A stretch of DNA of 64,000 nt from Balanoglossus misakiensis (lineage: Eukaryota; Animalia; Hemichordata): the NCBI GenBank assembly GCA_040954595.2, contig CM082576.2, positions 4,128,760-4,192,759 on the forward strand, in the 5' to 3' direction. The notes below the pieces were generated by a model. The model saw only the letters and a list, made by a program, of their open reading frames with translations. It was not told the DNA's origin and did not search any database. Shown one piece after another: positions 24,301 through 39,300 of this stretch. Each line of letters opens with the position of its first letter. Position 1 is the stretch's first letter. The position numbers and the translations under genes are program-made.

Positions 24301-27300
24301 CAAAACCACCGGGACAGAAATAGCATGATAAACGACTAAACAAATGACTGCTGTTCGATAGCTCCATAGCTCGGGGGAAATACAGCTCAAAGTTATTTTT
24401 CACTGGAGAGAGATGACGTGAGCACTGGAGAAGAGCTAATTGAAGGAATGTTAACAAAACTATCCTTGTTTGATTTGATTGCGCTGGAAAAGCTACGCAA
24501 CAGAGAGACCACTGCAGCCCTGCAGACAAGATTAGGATGATGATAGAGATAAGTGGCAAGCAATGAACAACCCCAAGGAGGACATAGAAGATCCACTGAC
24601 AGCATATAAAGCGACGGTCACAACTCAGTACAAGTACAATGTATGAAGAGCAGTATTTACTTCATCTAGAAAAACCAAAAATGAGTCATATTAAAAGACA
24701 AGTGCTCTAATCAGAGACAACACCCACACACAGAGCATGTTCTGGAGAAATCCTCGTCTGTCTGTCTGCCTTAAACAAACCCGATAAGAAAAGGTTAAGA
24801 CAGGAAAGGAGATAATATTTTTAACTACTCCTTTCTCATTATCCGTTAATGGCTCAGAATCCCTAATCAAGTGACTCTGGATCCCTTCTCCCTCTCAAAC
24901 AGTCTCCATCAGGAGGGATTGGCCCACTCAGATCTTATCGGCATCTCTAAGCCTAAAAATTTGACTTCTATCAATTGCAGCTATAGCACCAGAGATCACA
25001 CACAGAGCTTTTGGGGGATACAGTTTTCACCTGTAAACCCATCATGTATTACCATGACAACCGAACTTGAAGCTACAATGAACACTTAGGACCATTCTGG
25101 ACTAACCAGTATAAAGCTTCAGCTAGAACACATTATCTGAAGGGACAAATCCTTTTCGGAAGAAGTAAATATGATTGCTGAAGTCCAAATAGATGTTGCT
25201 ACATACAATGTACCTGGCATACTGTTACAGTTTTACCTCAGAAAAACGTATGAAATTTCCTAGAGTTACATGTACCTTTACAACATTTGTGTATGATCAC
25301 TCTCTGGTGTGTTATGTGGTATCGTATTATCATTACAGTCGGTAGACGCTATAAGCTAAAGACTGGCTGTGGACAAACAGCAACAAGAGTTATCCATCCA
25401 GAAAATTACTTTTCAAGCCGTCAGCCTGTTCATGCATTCAGGTACTAGAGTATACATGTATAGCCAGTATTGTAAGCATTGGAGTATATAGCCACAAATG
25501 AGGGCCATGAGAGAGTTTTAAGTATAACATGTGTATATCTAAGACGTTTACTACTTGGCTAGTTCCACTGGTAGATTTTACAGTGATGTTATTAAGTTCC
25601 TATACTGCAGGCATTGTAATAATTTATGAGTAGCTGTGGGGCTTTAATACATGTAACAACCCAGTCTGATCTCATCACTGGCAATGTCCTTTCAGTGCAG
25701 ACACAGAGCTGCCTTGCATAAGGTCGGCCAGTGCACCTCCGTGCTTTTATCAATTATTCATTCTAAGATATATCCGTATAGCTTTCAGGGCTGAAGTACT
25801 GACATGTCGGATGACAGTGGTGTATTACCTTTTGCTTCGAGTAGTATTATCCCACGGAAACTCCATAGAAAATTAAACCCCCCCATAAGGCAATTTGCAT
25901 GGCTAGCCTCACTTTTCCCGGAATCACAACAGGGACTGAGCGCCCAGCAGTGAAATTTCAGGAAGACGATCATTATCATCATCCGCTTTGCAGCTTTTGA
26001 TTCAGCGATATCAAAATAACAGATACTGGAAACATCGATCAATGCATGCAGCAGCAAACGACATCGGTCTTTTAGACATGCAACCGCATTTGTAAACATG
26101 GACTATTTCATGTCCCTCGCACGTGTAATTTTATTTTTGGAGATGACCCCTAACATTTATACGAGAGACCCCGTCTAATATAGCTGATCAATTAATATGT
26201 ACAGTTGGATGCACAATGTCAACAGATGTAAAGTGTGTTGTCAAATTTGCATTCAGGGCAGTTCATGCTTCGACATTTCCGTGCATTTCAAAGCAAGGCA
26301 TCAGTATTCCGTGTACAAAGCATCCGAGTCTGCTCCTATTTTAACATCTTTATAGTTACACCGAGTTGATCTTGATAAGCATCAGAGATGTTCCATTATA
26401 GAACATGACTCAACGCTCGCTCCAAAGTCAGACCAGACGCAATGCATTTCTGATTTTCATATGTTTCAGTATTTCTTATCAAATTCCACAACATATTGTG
26501 AAAAATAAATTTATCATTTTTTTATATATTTCTAGAGATGTCCGCATTTCTTGTCGATGTAGAAAATGCAGAGGAATGGAGCCAAAGTAGATCGAGGCAA
26601 TTTACTTAGTCTGCTATGATCGTCTGACTCAAGCAAACAAATTACAAATTGAGAATGGCAAATTATGGAAACGATATCTCCCCACTCAGAATCTTGATCA
26701 GTGTCTCTTTAGTGTCGTCAAACAAAACTCATCCTCTGCCTGCCGGCCGGAGGTAAAATGTGATGCAGCACGCTCAGCTTTTAGCGGCATTTCTCTGCAA
26801 CAAGGAACTCTACTGAAAATAAATTGTTATTTCCTCCACAGCAAAAACACCCACTTTTTGAATTTCTAATACTATAATAAGAATAATCATGATAAATTTA
26901 ATAATGAAACAGTCTTCCTTTCAAAAACTTTAACTGCGTCACTTTTCGTGATTCTCACAAAAACTCTTGCATTTACATGTACCTTTAACCATGTTTTCCA
27001 GGAACACATTAATTACACTCTCTGCCACAGAGTACATTTAACTCTCTTTCGGTAATAAATTTGTATGACATGCAAGAAAGAAGTCCAACCCCATTAAAAG
27101 CAGTCATTATCAAGCAATTTCAAAAAAAGTCTTTGTGAAATTGCTCGAATATCTCAACCCCATTGATTGATGTCCGGCTTGTCTATTCTAGCATTCCACA
27201 GTTATTAGTGGATGCTACACGATAAAGAATACATCCTCTCCACAAAAGACATATCACTATTATTTATTCATAGTTTTTTACTTTGTGGCAGGCGAGTGAC

Positions 27301-30300
27301 GCATTGAATACACAATGGAAGGAAATGAATGCCACATTATGTCTTTCAGAAATGTCCAGTAACAAACACACTCAGAGAATGCACGTAGGGAGGAAGGGGG
27401 GGGGGGGAGACTCAATAGAGAGACTATACACGTAATAGGGTTATGTCTATAGATTCCGCAAGTGCTGTTTGCTAAATTGTTAATAAGGCTAATCAAATTG
27501 ACTTCAAATGAAGTCTACACTGCTGTACTGTAAACATCCCAACAGTGTAATACATCCCTAGCATTACTATCTTTCTCCCAAAAGAAAATCAGACTACCCT
27601 GTCTGCAGTTGCTCATGGGGGGAAGGGGTGGGGGGGGGGGGGGGGCTTTCATCCCCCTGGAATTCTCAAACTACTTTCAGTATACGGTAATTGGAATGTA
27701 CAGTACATGTATTCCAGTGGCTGACAGAGAATTCGTAAAGTCAACTCCGAGAAGTGGCCTCCTGCATAATCTGAACATAAAATGGACATGAGGGCTATTA
27801 CATGTAAATACAGGTTAACATTCAGGACATGATTAAGTTGGCTTCAATAAAGGGATATCTACAATGCATAACTTTCCTCATGACAAATCAATGAGATATA
27901 AATTTTGTGCCATACACCCGTGATGAGATCTCCACTCAGAGTCCAATACTTATTATTTTTAACGTCAAGCTGCCACTATTGTTCTGTCTCTGGAATTATT
28001 ATAATGCTCTTATGATCAAATTGTAAGTGATTTTCCCCATATAGTGATGACAGCTGACTATTAGAACGTTAAGTACCTGTTTTTTGTCTTCTAAAATTAG
28101 CAGAGCTTTCTTGGTTCAAGAGATGCCTAATAAAACAGAATAGTCACGACCAAGGGATCAGTTCACTTTGAGCCTGGGAATATTTCCTCTGCTGTAGCTG
28201 AATCCTGGATTTTCTTGACTATAGCTATAACTATCATATGTCATTTAGATATTCCCCAAACCTGAGACTGAGAACACACGAGACATCATATACATGTATT
28301 CATTGATTAGCTTTGGTGAGCCTTTCTTCCAGTCAGTTTTTGATTGACACAAGACATTAAATGTGCATGTGGTTGACAGTGGAGTGAATTACTCATTTCA
28401 TACAAATGTAATTGAGGTCAGAACGTCAAAGAGAAAGGTGTTCCCGGAGCTGTCGAAGCAGCAACCTGGTTTTGTGTTGGCTTTATATTAAAGTACAGAC
28501 TTTCTGAAAACAACTGAACACCTCAACTCACTTTATACGCAGATCAACACTCCGTGTTACCATTCCTAGTTCTGTTAGCCCCCAAATCACCTCTTCCAGT
28601 CTGTTCTGATGTGAGAATAGTTAACATACATTATTCTGAAGCAGTCAGAAGTCATGCCCTGATGACATACTAGATTTAACCTTGCCACCCGACTTCAACA
28701 GGGAAGCCTAATGAAAATACAAAACTAAAAGACATTACCTCTGTTTGAATGTAATTATTACTGGTGCACTGTATTATTATTTTTTGCAGTTCACTGCAGT
28801 TTCACTTTGAGAAAATGAACACTAGGTCCTGTGTGTGTTGTGACCACTGCTAATCAGAATCTAATGAGAGCTGCAAATTTATTGAAAGCCATAGAGCATT
28901 GCTCTTTCCACTGACGCGGGACGCGATAGGCCATCCGTCCATACCGCAGCTGCAAAAATATGCCTTGCAAATTAAGGCCCAGTGTGCAGAGTCTTAAATT
29001 AGTATACACCACTCATAACATGACACCATGTTGTCGTCGGGGGACATACGTAACCTCCATGCACTCACTAATGACCGAGTAAAACCATCGCCCTGCCCGG
29101 CATTACATGCTCTTTAATAGTCACTGCCGGCCGTGTACATGGTAGGGCAAGAGTCCCATTGACTAGACCGAACCCTTCACTTAAAAATAAAAGAGGGATC
29201 TGTTCTCCCATGGTGCACCAACCCGATGACACCATCAAAACTGTTTCTATGGTTACAACTGGAGGAGCCCAGCCAAGAAGCGATGATGAGAGAGGCACTG
29301 TGCATATTGTCACGTTCTCATGCTACGCGGTCCACGAGACGAGGCATTACCCGTTGTAGCCCTCAGCTCATTTGCAATGCACACATCAGAGCCATCTGCA
29401 GCGCGCACACACAATTCAATATTGCCAAGACAGCCACATCCCAAAGAGGAATTTTATTGACTGCTATTAAATAAATAATGACTCCACTCTTCCTGTCATT
29501 TACCAACAGTAGCCTGACATCTTTTTTGTTTTTCCCCGCCAAAAAATACTTGGGCTGTGTTTACTGATCATGTGTTGAATCTTACACACAAAGCAGGTAT
29601 ATTCATTCGATACGGCTCTGTATCACTTCTTGAAAAAGCCACTTCATCTATTTTTTCCACTATGGGGTTCTTGCACATGTGTTTCACATTTGATACAGAT
29701 GGGATCAAATATTCAAATATGACTTATAGAGATCCTGTCTCAATGACAGCTATGCAATAAAATGACACTGACTGTAATGATGTTATATATCATTTGCCTT
29801 ATGATTTATTTATTGACCATATTCTATATTTTGTTGCTCCACATTCAATTACAAGCAAGAATTCTCATTCTGCCCGGTAAATACAGACAGAATGTGTCAG
29901 TCATGACAAGACAAGAGCTACATGTATTTAATCTTCCCAAGCTGGTGATGGAGACATTAGAAGTAAACCTGCCGAATCACAAGACGTCCCCCGTGCACTT
30001 CAGTGCCAGTCTTTTATCAGATGTCCAACTTGCCCATCCCTGCCTGAGGGATTCCCAATCCCAATTCAAACCACATACCACGTTTTCAGTGTGCCGGTTT
30101 TTCACACTGTGATTAGATACACACACACACACAGGAGATATATACACAGCAGACTCATTTTGTGCAAAATACCAACGGCGCGATGACCCAGAGGTATGTA
30201 ATTTGTCATAATCCTTCCCGACATCGACGGTTCATCATGAACTTGGAGAATGAGAGCGGGCCACCTGAAATGCACCCTGGGATGCATTACAACTCGATTC

Positions 30301-33300
30301 TCGAGAATTCGATTGGTTCGAATGCAGGGTCAACGGTTGGGTGAACCCAAACTAAGCCTGCAAATAGCCTGATCGACATGCATGAATACTCGATTGCAGA
30401 AGTGATATCTGAAGTTCAATGCGGTCGAATTATTACTCCGAACCGTGGCAACTTCCACCGCATCATATCACTACCGAGTCTCCACTATAAAATAATCAAC
30501 AAAGAATGGGGGAAAAAGACAAAAATAACCTTCATGGAACTATCACAGGATACTAAGTGACAAAATTTTCAATTATCTCCCACTGCTCGTTATGCATTCT
30601 GAGGAAATAACACAAAATGCCATTTTTCATATTAAATTACCAGCATGGATCCGCCGAGATGATGAGTATAATTTATTTTTACCACAAGTATCACATGGAC
30701 TGGCTACTACTCAAAGATACAGCTTCCAATCACACACGCCCACTTCAGAACACGGTTTTACTTTACAGACGACTGTCTGGAATGCATGCTCCGAACAGAT
30801 CCGCAGTGTGTCATGCATGCATTCAACCAACCAACGCTCGGGATTCCATCCCGTCTCGGGGCGTTCAAATGTCTCTACGATGATGACACATAATTTAGAT
30901 TCATCAATGTCAAGAGAAGTCACAGTAATAAACAGACAGATGGCGAAAATAAATTGAAGTGACATTCTCACGTTGATTGCAATATTTGGACAAAAACTCA
31001 GGATTCTCTTGTTACATCAAGCGAGAAAATTGGAAATATTTTACTTCAAAGGAAGTAAAACTGGGAATATATTTTAATCAGCTGGGCTTGAATCAAGCAA
31101 ACAAGGGAGAATACCGGTACATATTCACAAGGCGGTGGTGGGTTTATTTAGAAATCAGAATTGCAACCATCCCTTTTATTTCCAGAATCACACTTTGAGG
31201 TTAGAGGTGAGTGAGATGAGCTATTATGGGAGAAGGTTGGGGGACTTTGAGAATGTAAAGCAGAGAAGCTGACAGTGTGGGTCCACAGCTCTCTCTCTCT
31301 CTCAGTACCACCAGTTAGATGCTTTCCAACTTCAGAAACATGCTGGTTTCAGTGAAATTTTGGCAATTTCACATGCTGCCATCAACCTTCTGAAGCAGAC
31401 CCTTGGATACACAGGTGTCAGATCACTCAAATGAGTCTGCCAGTATCCAGACAGTACGGACAGAGAGCTTGTACACACTATTTGCAGACTGAGCACATAC
31501 ACACATGTTGCTGACATGATGGAGTGGAATAGAGCCCGGCGAGCATGTATATGCCCCAGGGGGAAAAACGGTACCCAATCCTCCCACAGATTGATCAATC
31601 TTTACCGACGTGCACTGAAAAACAGAGAATTCAACTCAGATTCATGTTTTACAAAACCGAAAGTTCATTCACATAGCTGATACACACATGGTTTTTTTTT
31701 TTGCTTTTCAATGCTGCCACCATGGCAACCTGATATAATCTAAAAATACGAAGCCATTTTATTGTATTCTAATGATGTGGGGCGCATTATGGAAACTAGA
31801 AGAGCACGAAACCACCGACCTATTATCACTCTTGACGTCACAAAGTTGATATGCAGATGGTGAGGGTGGCTAACCCTTCGGGGAACTAAGTGGCGACAAA
31901 TGTTAACACAATATTACTCACGGCAGTACACACTTGGAAATTGACAAAACAGACACACAAAACAGTCAGTCGCCCAGAGGAGAATGAAACACGGATATTT
32001 ACAAAAAACGACACAGAGAAAGAAGGCATCGCAGCGTGCTCATCAAGTTTAATACATGCAGTGCGCCAAATTTAAAACACCTTGTGCCTCAAATATGGAT
32101 GACGAGCTCCTTGACAAGTGCACAATTGATGATATATTATTTGCCAGTCCCCATTTCCAGGGAAGGGAGTAAAAATAGATTTCAACCCCTGGGGGACTTC
32201 TAGAATATCGGCTCGACAAACAGCAGTGCATCATGCAATGAAACTTTAAGCGTCTTCCGCGATGATCGATTTTACGAAAAGTCGACGCTTTCAGCGGCAG
32301 GCATTTGAAGACCTAAAGAGCACCTGTTGGAGTGTCATATTCTTGTCACAGAAATGTTTAGTGACTATAGCCGTCAATCAGCCCCCAATTTAATACCAGG
32401 ATCAACAAATGAAGTTACTCCAAACTCCTAAGTTCACCATGATTACAGATTTTGCGAACAACGTCCCTCCACACATTCTTCAGGAGGCTTTGCTCCGATA
32501 CCTTCAATTAGGACAGTGGCAGGTTAATATTGCAATCCTCATGACATTAAAGAAGTGTGAGCAGTTGCCGGGCGACGGGGCTTAAGGTCCACGTTTCATC
32601 TTCATCACTAGTTCTAAGGTCATGGAGAAGGACAGGCTCATTTAATTAACTACTGCACACTTCAGATCATCCATCAGCTCGGGCTGGGATCAACATGTGG
32701 GAACTCTTGATACAAACACACAGACACACATACTTACACACATACCCATATGCATGTACGCATCACAAAATGTGCGCAAACCCGGTTCCCCTGGGTGAAC
32801 TTTTTAAACAGCACACCACTCCCACGATCCAGAAGAAAGAAAGAAACACAAGCAGTCTCACACACACCACACTTGACAAGACTAACAGAGCGGCACTGAC
32901 TTAACAACACCTACGCATTCCTCACTAAATTGAATTGGTCTTCATCCAATATGGATGCCTACGTCGTATCTTCATGGCCAGATGCGTGAATTTGATAAGA
33001 TCACAAGAGTCAGATTGCTCGGGGAATAACACGGAGGCTGTCAACTGAGCTGCTCTACAGATGAGTGTAGAAAATTAAATTCAAAATGTGAGATTTACAT
33101 CGTGTGAAAGTGTTGCCAAGGGGTGCAATAAATAAGATTTCACTCATCTGCTGATCTTATCTGCATCAAAATGTGCAAATGATACATGTACAGTCAAAGC
33201 AATTAAACATTTATCTGATGATGGTTTAATAAATGTAAATTACATTAATCCTGAGGTGAATTTGAAATATGGACGTTATGTAAATAATGGCATTCAAATG

Positions 33301-36300
33301 TTTTACGATTACAATGTACATTCAGATCTTGTAACCTATGTGATGTTTATGAAGACCCTTTTCATAATTCCGTGTAACAGAACTTATCCACAAGCACTGT
33401 TTCAAAGTGTTCACCCGTACAGGTAACATCTACGACATCTTCTAAATATGTCACTTGTCACATGACCAAACATCTGTATTGCTGCTAATACCGCCACATG
33501 CCTGATTTCAATATGGTTACAAGTCTACCTGTAAAATTGTCATCCTCTCTCTCAACCAAGGTCATTATGACTGCAGAAATAGTGTGAACTTTTACAGGCT
33601 GTAACTGCACGCTGTTCTTCCGCTTCGAAAACACATATGGTTATAAACACATGCCTCATTATTGTCTTAAATTCTCAGAAATGATTAAAAATATAGATAT
33701 ACCGGTATATTGGTTTTCTTAGTTGTGATAAAAAAAACACCGCCAATTGCTCACCGGCTACACCAGTTGCACTGCTTCTGTTAGCACTGCACATATTGAG
33801 TTCAGAGGGAGATTTTACAGATGCCTATCTGACGGAGGCACTTTTAGCCCACTGCAATCCATTCCAAATATGATGACGTCAAATGTCTGTAGGGTTAATA
33901 CTGGCCACGCTACTACCCAAGTGTCAGTTACAGTGTGTGCCTCGTCGGAATCAACAGTGAGCTCAACGCAATGGTTACTGAGAGTTCCTGACACCAAATT
34001 AACAAATTCCACAGTAATCTGTACAAAAGAGAAACTTGGGTCCAGTCGTTTTCACGTCCTTTTCAGAGTTTTGATTTAAAAATCCAGTGAGTTTTACTTA
34101 CATCAGGCAAACACCACGCAATTTCTCAAATTTAGAGTCAAAAAAACTTATGGCTTCAGAAGAGCTGTATAAACTGACTCACATGTGTATTTATATTCCT
34201 GCAATTGCTACCCGTCATTCTATGGCATCCACACGGTCGAGAAGCCACATATTAACCCACATTTTATGAAGCCACAACAATACGCTATCTGGTACAGTTT
34301 TCCAAGCACATGGCGTTTGGTTTCCACATAAAATTTCCCCCCTGAGCTATTAAAAACCCGAGCCTAAAATAGAAACAGACGGCAAAACCAGCTTGACCAG
34401 CGCTTCCCTTTGGAGAGCCCCAAAAGAACACCTGACACTTGTCCATCAATCGCTCTCTGGCAGTTTTTGTTGGATCACATTTTTCATTGCACATTCACAT
34501 AATTTGATTATTGACATATCGTGACATGCAGATACTCTTTTACAGTTTTTTTTTGGTAAAAAGTGTGTGCAGGATATCTGTGCATAAATTTACATGTACA
34601 GTAATAGTAAGGCTCAAACTTTTCTAGTGAAAAGGGGAAGGGAATAATGGAGATATGATTTACTTCACTTGACAGAAATATCGAAAAACACTCCAAACAT
34701 ACTGTTGCTATCTGATTATTGCAACTATCCCAGAAGTTCTGCTTTTACATTTTATTGAAGATTTTTATACAATGCATGCAGGGAGAAATGATGACTCTCT
34801 CGCACACACGCACATGCACGCATTTACTATCTGGTAGTGCCAGGAAGAGGATGCAGCATTACTATAAGGAACAGATATCATAGGCTTAATTTTTTACATC
34901 TCTGCGGTTTGTACCGGTACAAGAAAACTTTGAAAACCAAGATATCATGGTCGATTAATTGCTCTACCCAACTTACTGTACATAATAACTGCTTGAATCC
35001 AAGAACTTCCCTTTTTTTAACCAGATCTCAAACAGAACTAGTCACAAGTACAGAGAAAAACAGCTTTTAGCACTATAAATCACTGAAGATTAAAGCTGGA
35101 CTTGTCGCTAACGTTCCACTATAGCATTAGTGCCTCCATAGCTTAAAGAACAGCTGAGACTCTGAAGCACTTGACAACACCGAAATCTATCAGACATATG
35201 CTTAATGGAATTTCAGCTTACAGACAAAGAATGGCCTCTTGATATCAGGAAAATTCCATGCATGAGAACTGAACCGTTCCAGGACTACCATCAAGAAGAA
35301 AAATAATTGTCATATTTACTGTTACATCCCCTCTAACTCTGTCTGTCTGTCTCACTCACTCACTCACTCACTCACTCACAAGAGCACTAAACATGTCAAT
35401 GCCTCCATTACAGATAACCCTACTTCACCACCACCACAACTCAACTGCCTGAAGAAAGTTTCATCTTTGACAGAAAATCCTAGATGTATTTCCTTCAGAC
35501 ACAGCACGCTCTTTTCTGAGGGGACAAATTTTCTTTGATTTGATAACGATCGACGTCCAAATTACAGCATGATTCAAAATGAACCAACCACCTTGCAAGG
35601 ATGAAAGAAAGTATTGGAGCATTTTTGGATACCCTGGAATCTCGATGTTCCATTAATCTTGCGCTGAAAATTGTAAATCAGTATGCCAACCAATTGACTT
35701 TTTTTTTTTACTTAAAAGGCAGGAAAAATAACCGACTGCTACTAAACTCGAGGGAGCTGAAGCATACAATGATGTCACAGCCCCTGTCATGATGCAATCA
35801 TGTCACTTTCTTATCTTAGCTGCCCTGGAAACCAAGTGTAAACACCATCCATTCCCAAAAACCTGGCCTCTTGGTTGCCAATTCCAAAATTTCACGAACA
35901 CAAAATTTCATCCCTGATTGAAAGAATCCCATCTTCCCAGATATATGAGGAAAAAATCACCCAACATCTGGAAATTTCCTGAGTTTCTTCAGCATGCTGT
36001 GAGCATATCTGGAAATTAGAATCTGGCAAAAAAAAAAAAAGATTTACAGCCAGGGATGACCTGGAAGTAGCCCTGGGTTTATTAGCAGGGGAGACTTGTA
36101 CATGGTTTGATTCTTAATTCATAGTTTCCCTTCCATGATACATCCTGCATATCAAACATCGGGCAATGTGATTCCACGCAAATACTATTTCAAAGAAAGC
36201 CAACACAACCTGTCATTCGGCTTTTGGTCTGTTTTTGTATGTGTACCTTATTATATTTCAAAAAGGCCGCTGCTCTTGACAGGAATAAGAATTATTATAT

Positions 36301-39300
36301 GACGTAAATGTACATTATGCTTAAACCGATTTTCAATCAAGAAGCAATAATTAATACTTAATGTAAATGTATATATTATTTTCACTTAATCGATTGCATA
36401 AAACTGGCATTTGTTTTCTTTCGGCTAAATCGTTTTCATAATAATTTGTGCAAACTCTTCTAGCTATACTTGATGAGTTTTCGATTCCACAAATTTATAG
36501 CAATGTACACAAAGTCTGTAAACTGATAATTCTTTGCGATACATTTCACATTGGTGAACCCTCGGTCATTTCGTAAGGATATGAAGTGACTCTTCAGTCG
36601 AACTGTGCATTCCTCTGGCACAGTAGCAAACAAGCACAGACGGGCAAAGTGAAGATACTGCAAGCAAACGGATAGAAACCCCACTTGACTGGTAGCCCTA
36701 CAGGCCAACGACAATCACTGCATGTTTTTACAACAGGCAGCCATTAAAAATACATCCCAGGAAGACGTTCTCGTCAAACGGCCTTTTTTAACAACCTGGT
36801 GAAATCGAATAACCCAATATGTGCATTAAATTATTGGGGTCATATGCGGGATGATTTTGGGTATTACATTTTAATGGGACATATTTGCATTTGAGTATTG
36901 TCTGTCAGAATGAAAAGTGAGCCCGCACATAATGACAAATATTTCCCATGGTGCACTGCGACCGCTGCAGCTGCCACTGCATGAATAATTATGGTCGCCA
37001 TCTGTGTGGCAAACACGACTGTTCGTTTTAATGTACCTTGGGCTTATGTTGTCGCAAGAACGAACCGAATGCCAGCTAGCTTACACCAGCTGCTGAAATC
37101 AAGACTGGAGAAGCCATCTGCTGGAGAGGGGGGATGGAAAACACCACACATCAAAGTTGCATCAGCGACATAATTCAAAATCTCAAGAAGGTTACGACAT
37201 CAGCGAAATGGCTGTGTACTTCTGAGTACCAGTCTACACCCGAAGCCTGTCTGAAAGAGTCGTATATTTTCTTCGATCGATTCGTCTTGAACACAACGGC
37301 AGAAGCAGGACTCCAGACATGCTTTCTCAAATGCTTATCACCTACTAAAAGCAATCGCGACAGCCACACAATTCCACACTCAACAAATAAGATTCAGGGC
37401 CTTTGCCAGAATTGAGATCTCATAAAAAATATCCTCTATTCTGTCTCTGCTTAATGCCTCATATAGCTCTTCCTGGAATGCAGCCTTGCTTCATGTCCTG
37501 AATCATGATGCAAGGTCCTGTTATTCCTCTGTGCTATACAGCATAACAATGCCTTTAACTAGACAACATCACACTGCACCGTCCTAGCATCACACTGCCC
37601 TATTCAGGCTTCACACAGCTGACATATCTCACCATCACACTGCACCATTTTGGCAAAAGACTTCCTTTCAAAAGAATGCGTCACACTACACCATTCTAGC
37701 AGCACACTAGACCACCACACTGCCCTATTCAGGCATCACACTGCACCATTTCTAGCTTCTCGACTACCCTGACATCATAGCAGGACAGGGCCGAACGACA
37801 CAAGAATAGCATGCATGGCACCATATGCCCCTGAGACTCCAGCGCAGGAACCTTTGATCCTAGCGAGAGAGAAAAGACATCACCGGTGTCATCACATGTC
37901 AGCCACGACCAGAATGGCAGACTGCGGGACTGATCTCCACACACTTCTAGATACAATCACAGCACTATAGTTCAACCACTGACATGAAACGAAAAACAAT
38001 ATTTAACATTGATAAAACAGAAGGCCCCATCAACTGAACAAGTGACTCAGTCCACCAATTCTATTCTTCTTTGAACCAAAATTCACTGATTTCATAAATT
38101 ATGAAGACTAAATTGTCAATAATTTAAATAACCTTGCAAACGCAAACCTAGTCATGAATCTTTTTTGCTTGGCACAGGAAAACAAAGTTCACACTAACAG
38201 ATTTCTAACCTTTGGCATTTTTACAGAGTTAAAATAAATACTCACAGAGAGCTGAACAATCTCTGGACATTGATTTTGACAGGGAGAAAAATGGATATGC
38301 AAACAGATGTATTAATAAAATGAACTTATTATACATTTGTTGAGTGGAGCAAAAATCAATACTGAAAACTACTCACTCAATACGGCCCCTTTCAATAAAA
38401 TGAGAAAATTCCACACCAATTGTTTTTCCTTATTTAAATCTGTTTACATAAATGCCGAAGAAAATGGATCTTAAACAAGATTTTCAGACGGCCTGGGTAC
38501 TTAGTCAAGTGACGACATTAGCTCAAGCTCTTTCAATGCCATCAATTTCAATAAAAGGTAAAGTGATTCTGTCGACCTTTGAGGTATTGGCAGAGCAAAC
38601 TGAATAACATAATGATCAATACAGCCGGCACTGACGTGATATGTATAAGCTGACGGGTAAATAAAAACACAGATTTCTTCAGCCAAGTTTTCATGCTGTT
38701 GTTTTTACATGTACTGCACAATCATCCATATTGCTGTTTGTGAGGGTATAACTAGCCACTCTCGTTCATAAAATATATTATAATAATAATGCACTCTGAT
38801 GATTTCATTCATTCATTTATTTATTTATTTTTTCTTTCTTTCATTCACTCATTCATTCATTATTTCTTTCTTTATTTCTTACATTCACTTATTCTTTCTC
38901 TTATCAGAACAATCTCTGTTGTTTACTTAGGTACCAGATAATCATAAATAATCTAATTTAGATCAGACTTAATCTTGTCAACTGTCAATGGACCCACTTT
39001 TATACTCAATGACATACAAAATTCTCTTTCTGCCGTTGAATTCAAAGCTCAAAATGTTTGGTTACAATGAAAATAAATTTCGGTAAAAATACAGTCGTTC
39101 AGAGTAATTCCAGCAGCACTGGTGCAAAAACACTTCTTTTGAAGGTGAGCTTCTCGAGGCGTTTTCTGCACCACATTAAGAGTCGGCAAAGGAAACGTCG
39201 TTTTTGACCTGGCAGTATTTATTCATTATCCATGCCTACAATAGCTGTCATTGAAAGAACTGATTTACGGCAGAAAACAGAACCCCCTGTCGTTCCACTG

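Noticed and set aside
37567-37756. CRISPR-like repeat array
   Set aside because: The context is eukaryotic, the units are degenerate and adjacent without unique spacers, and there are no cas genes; it is an ordinary minisatellite.
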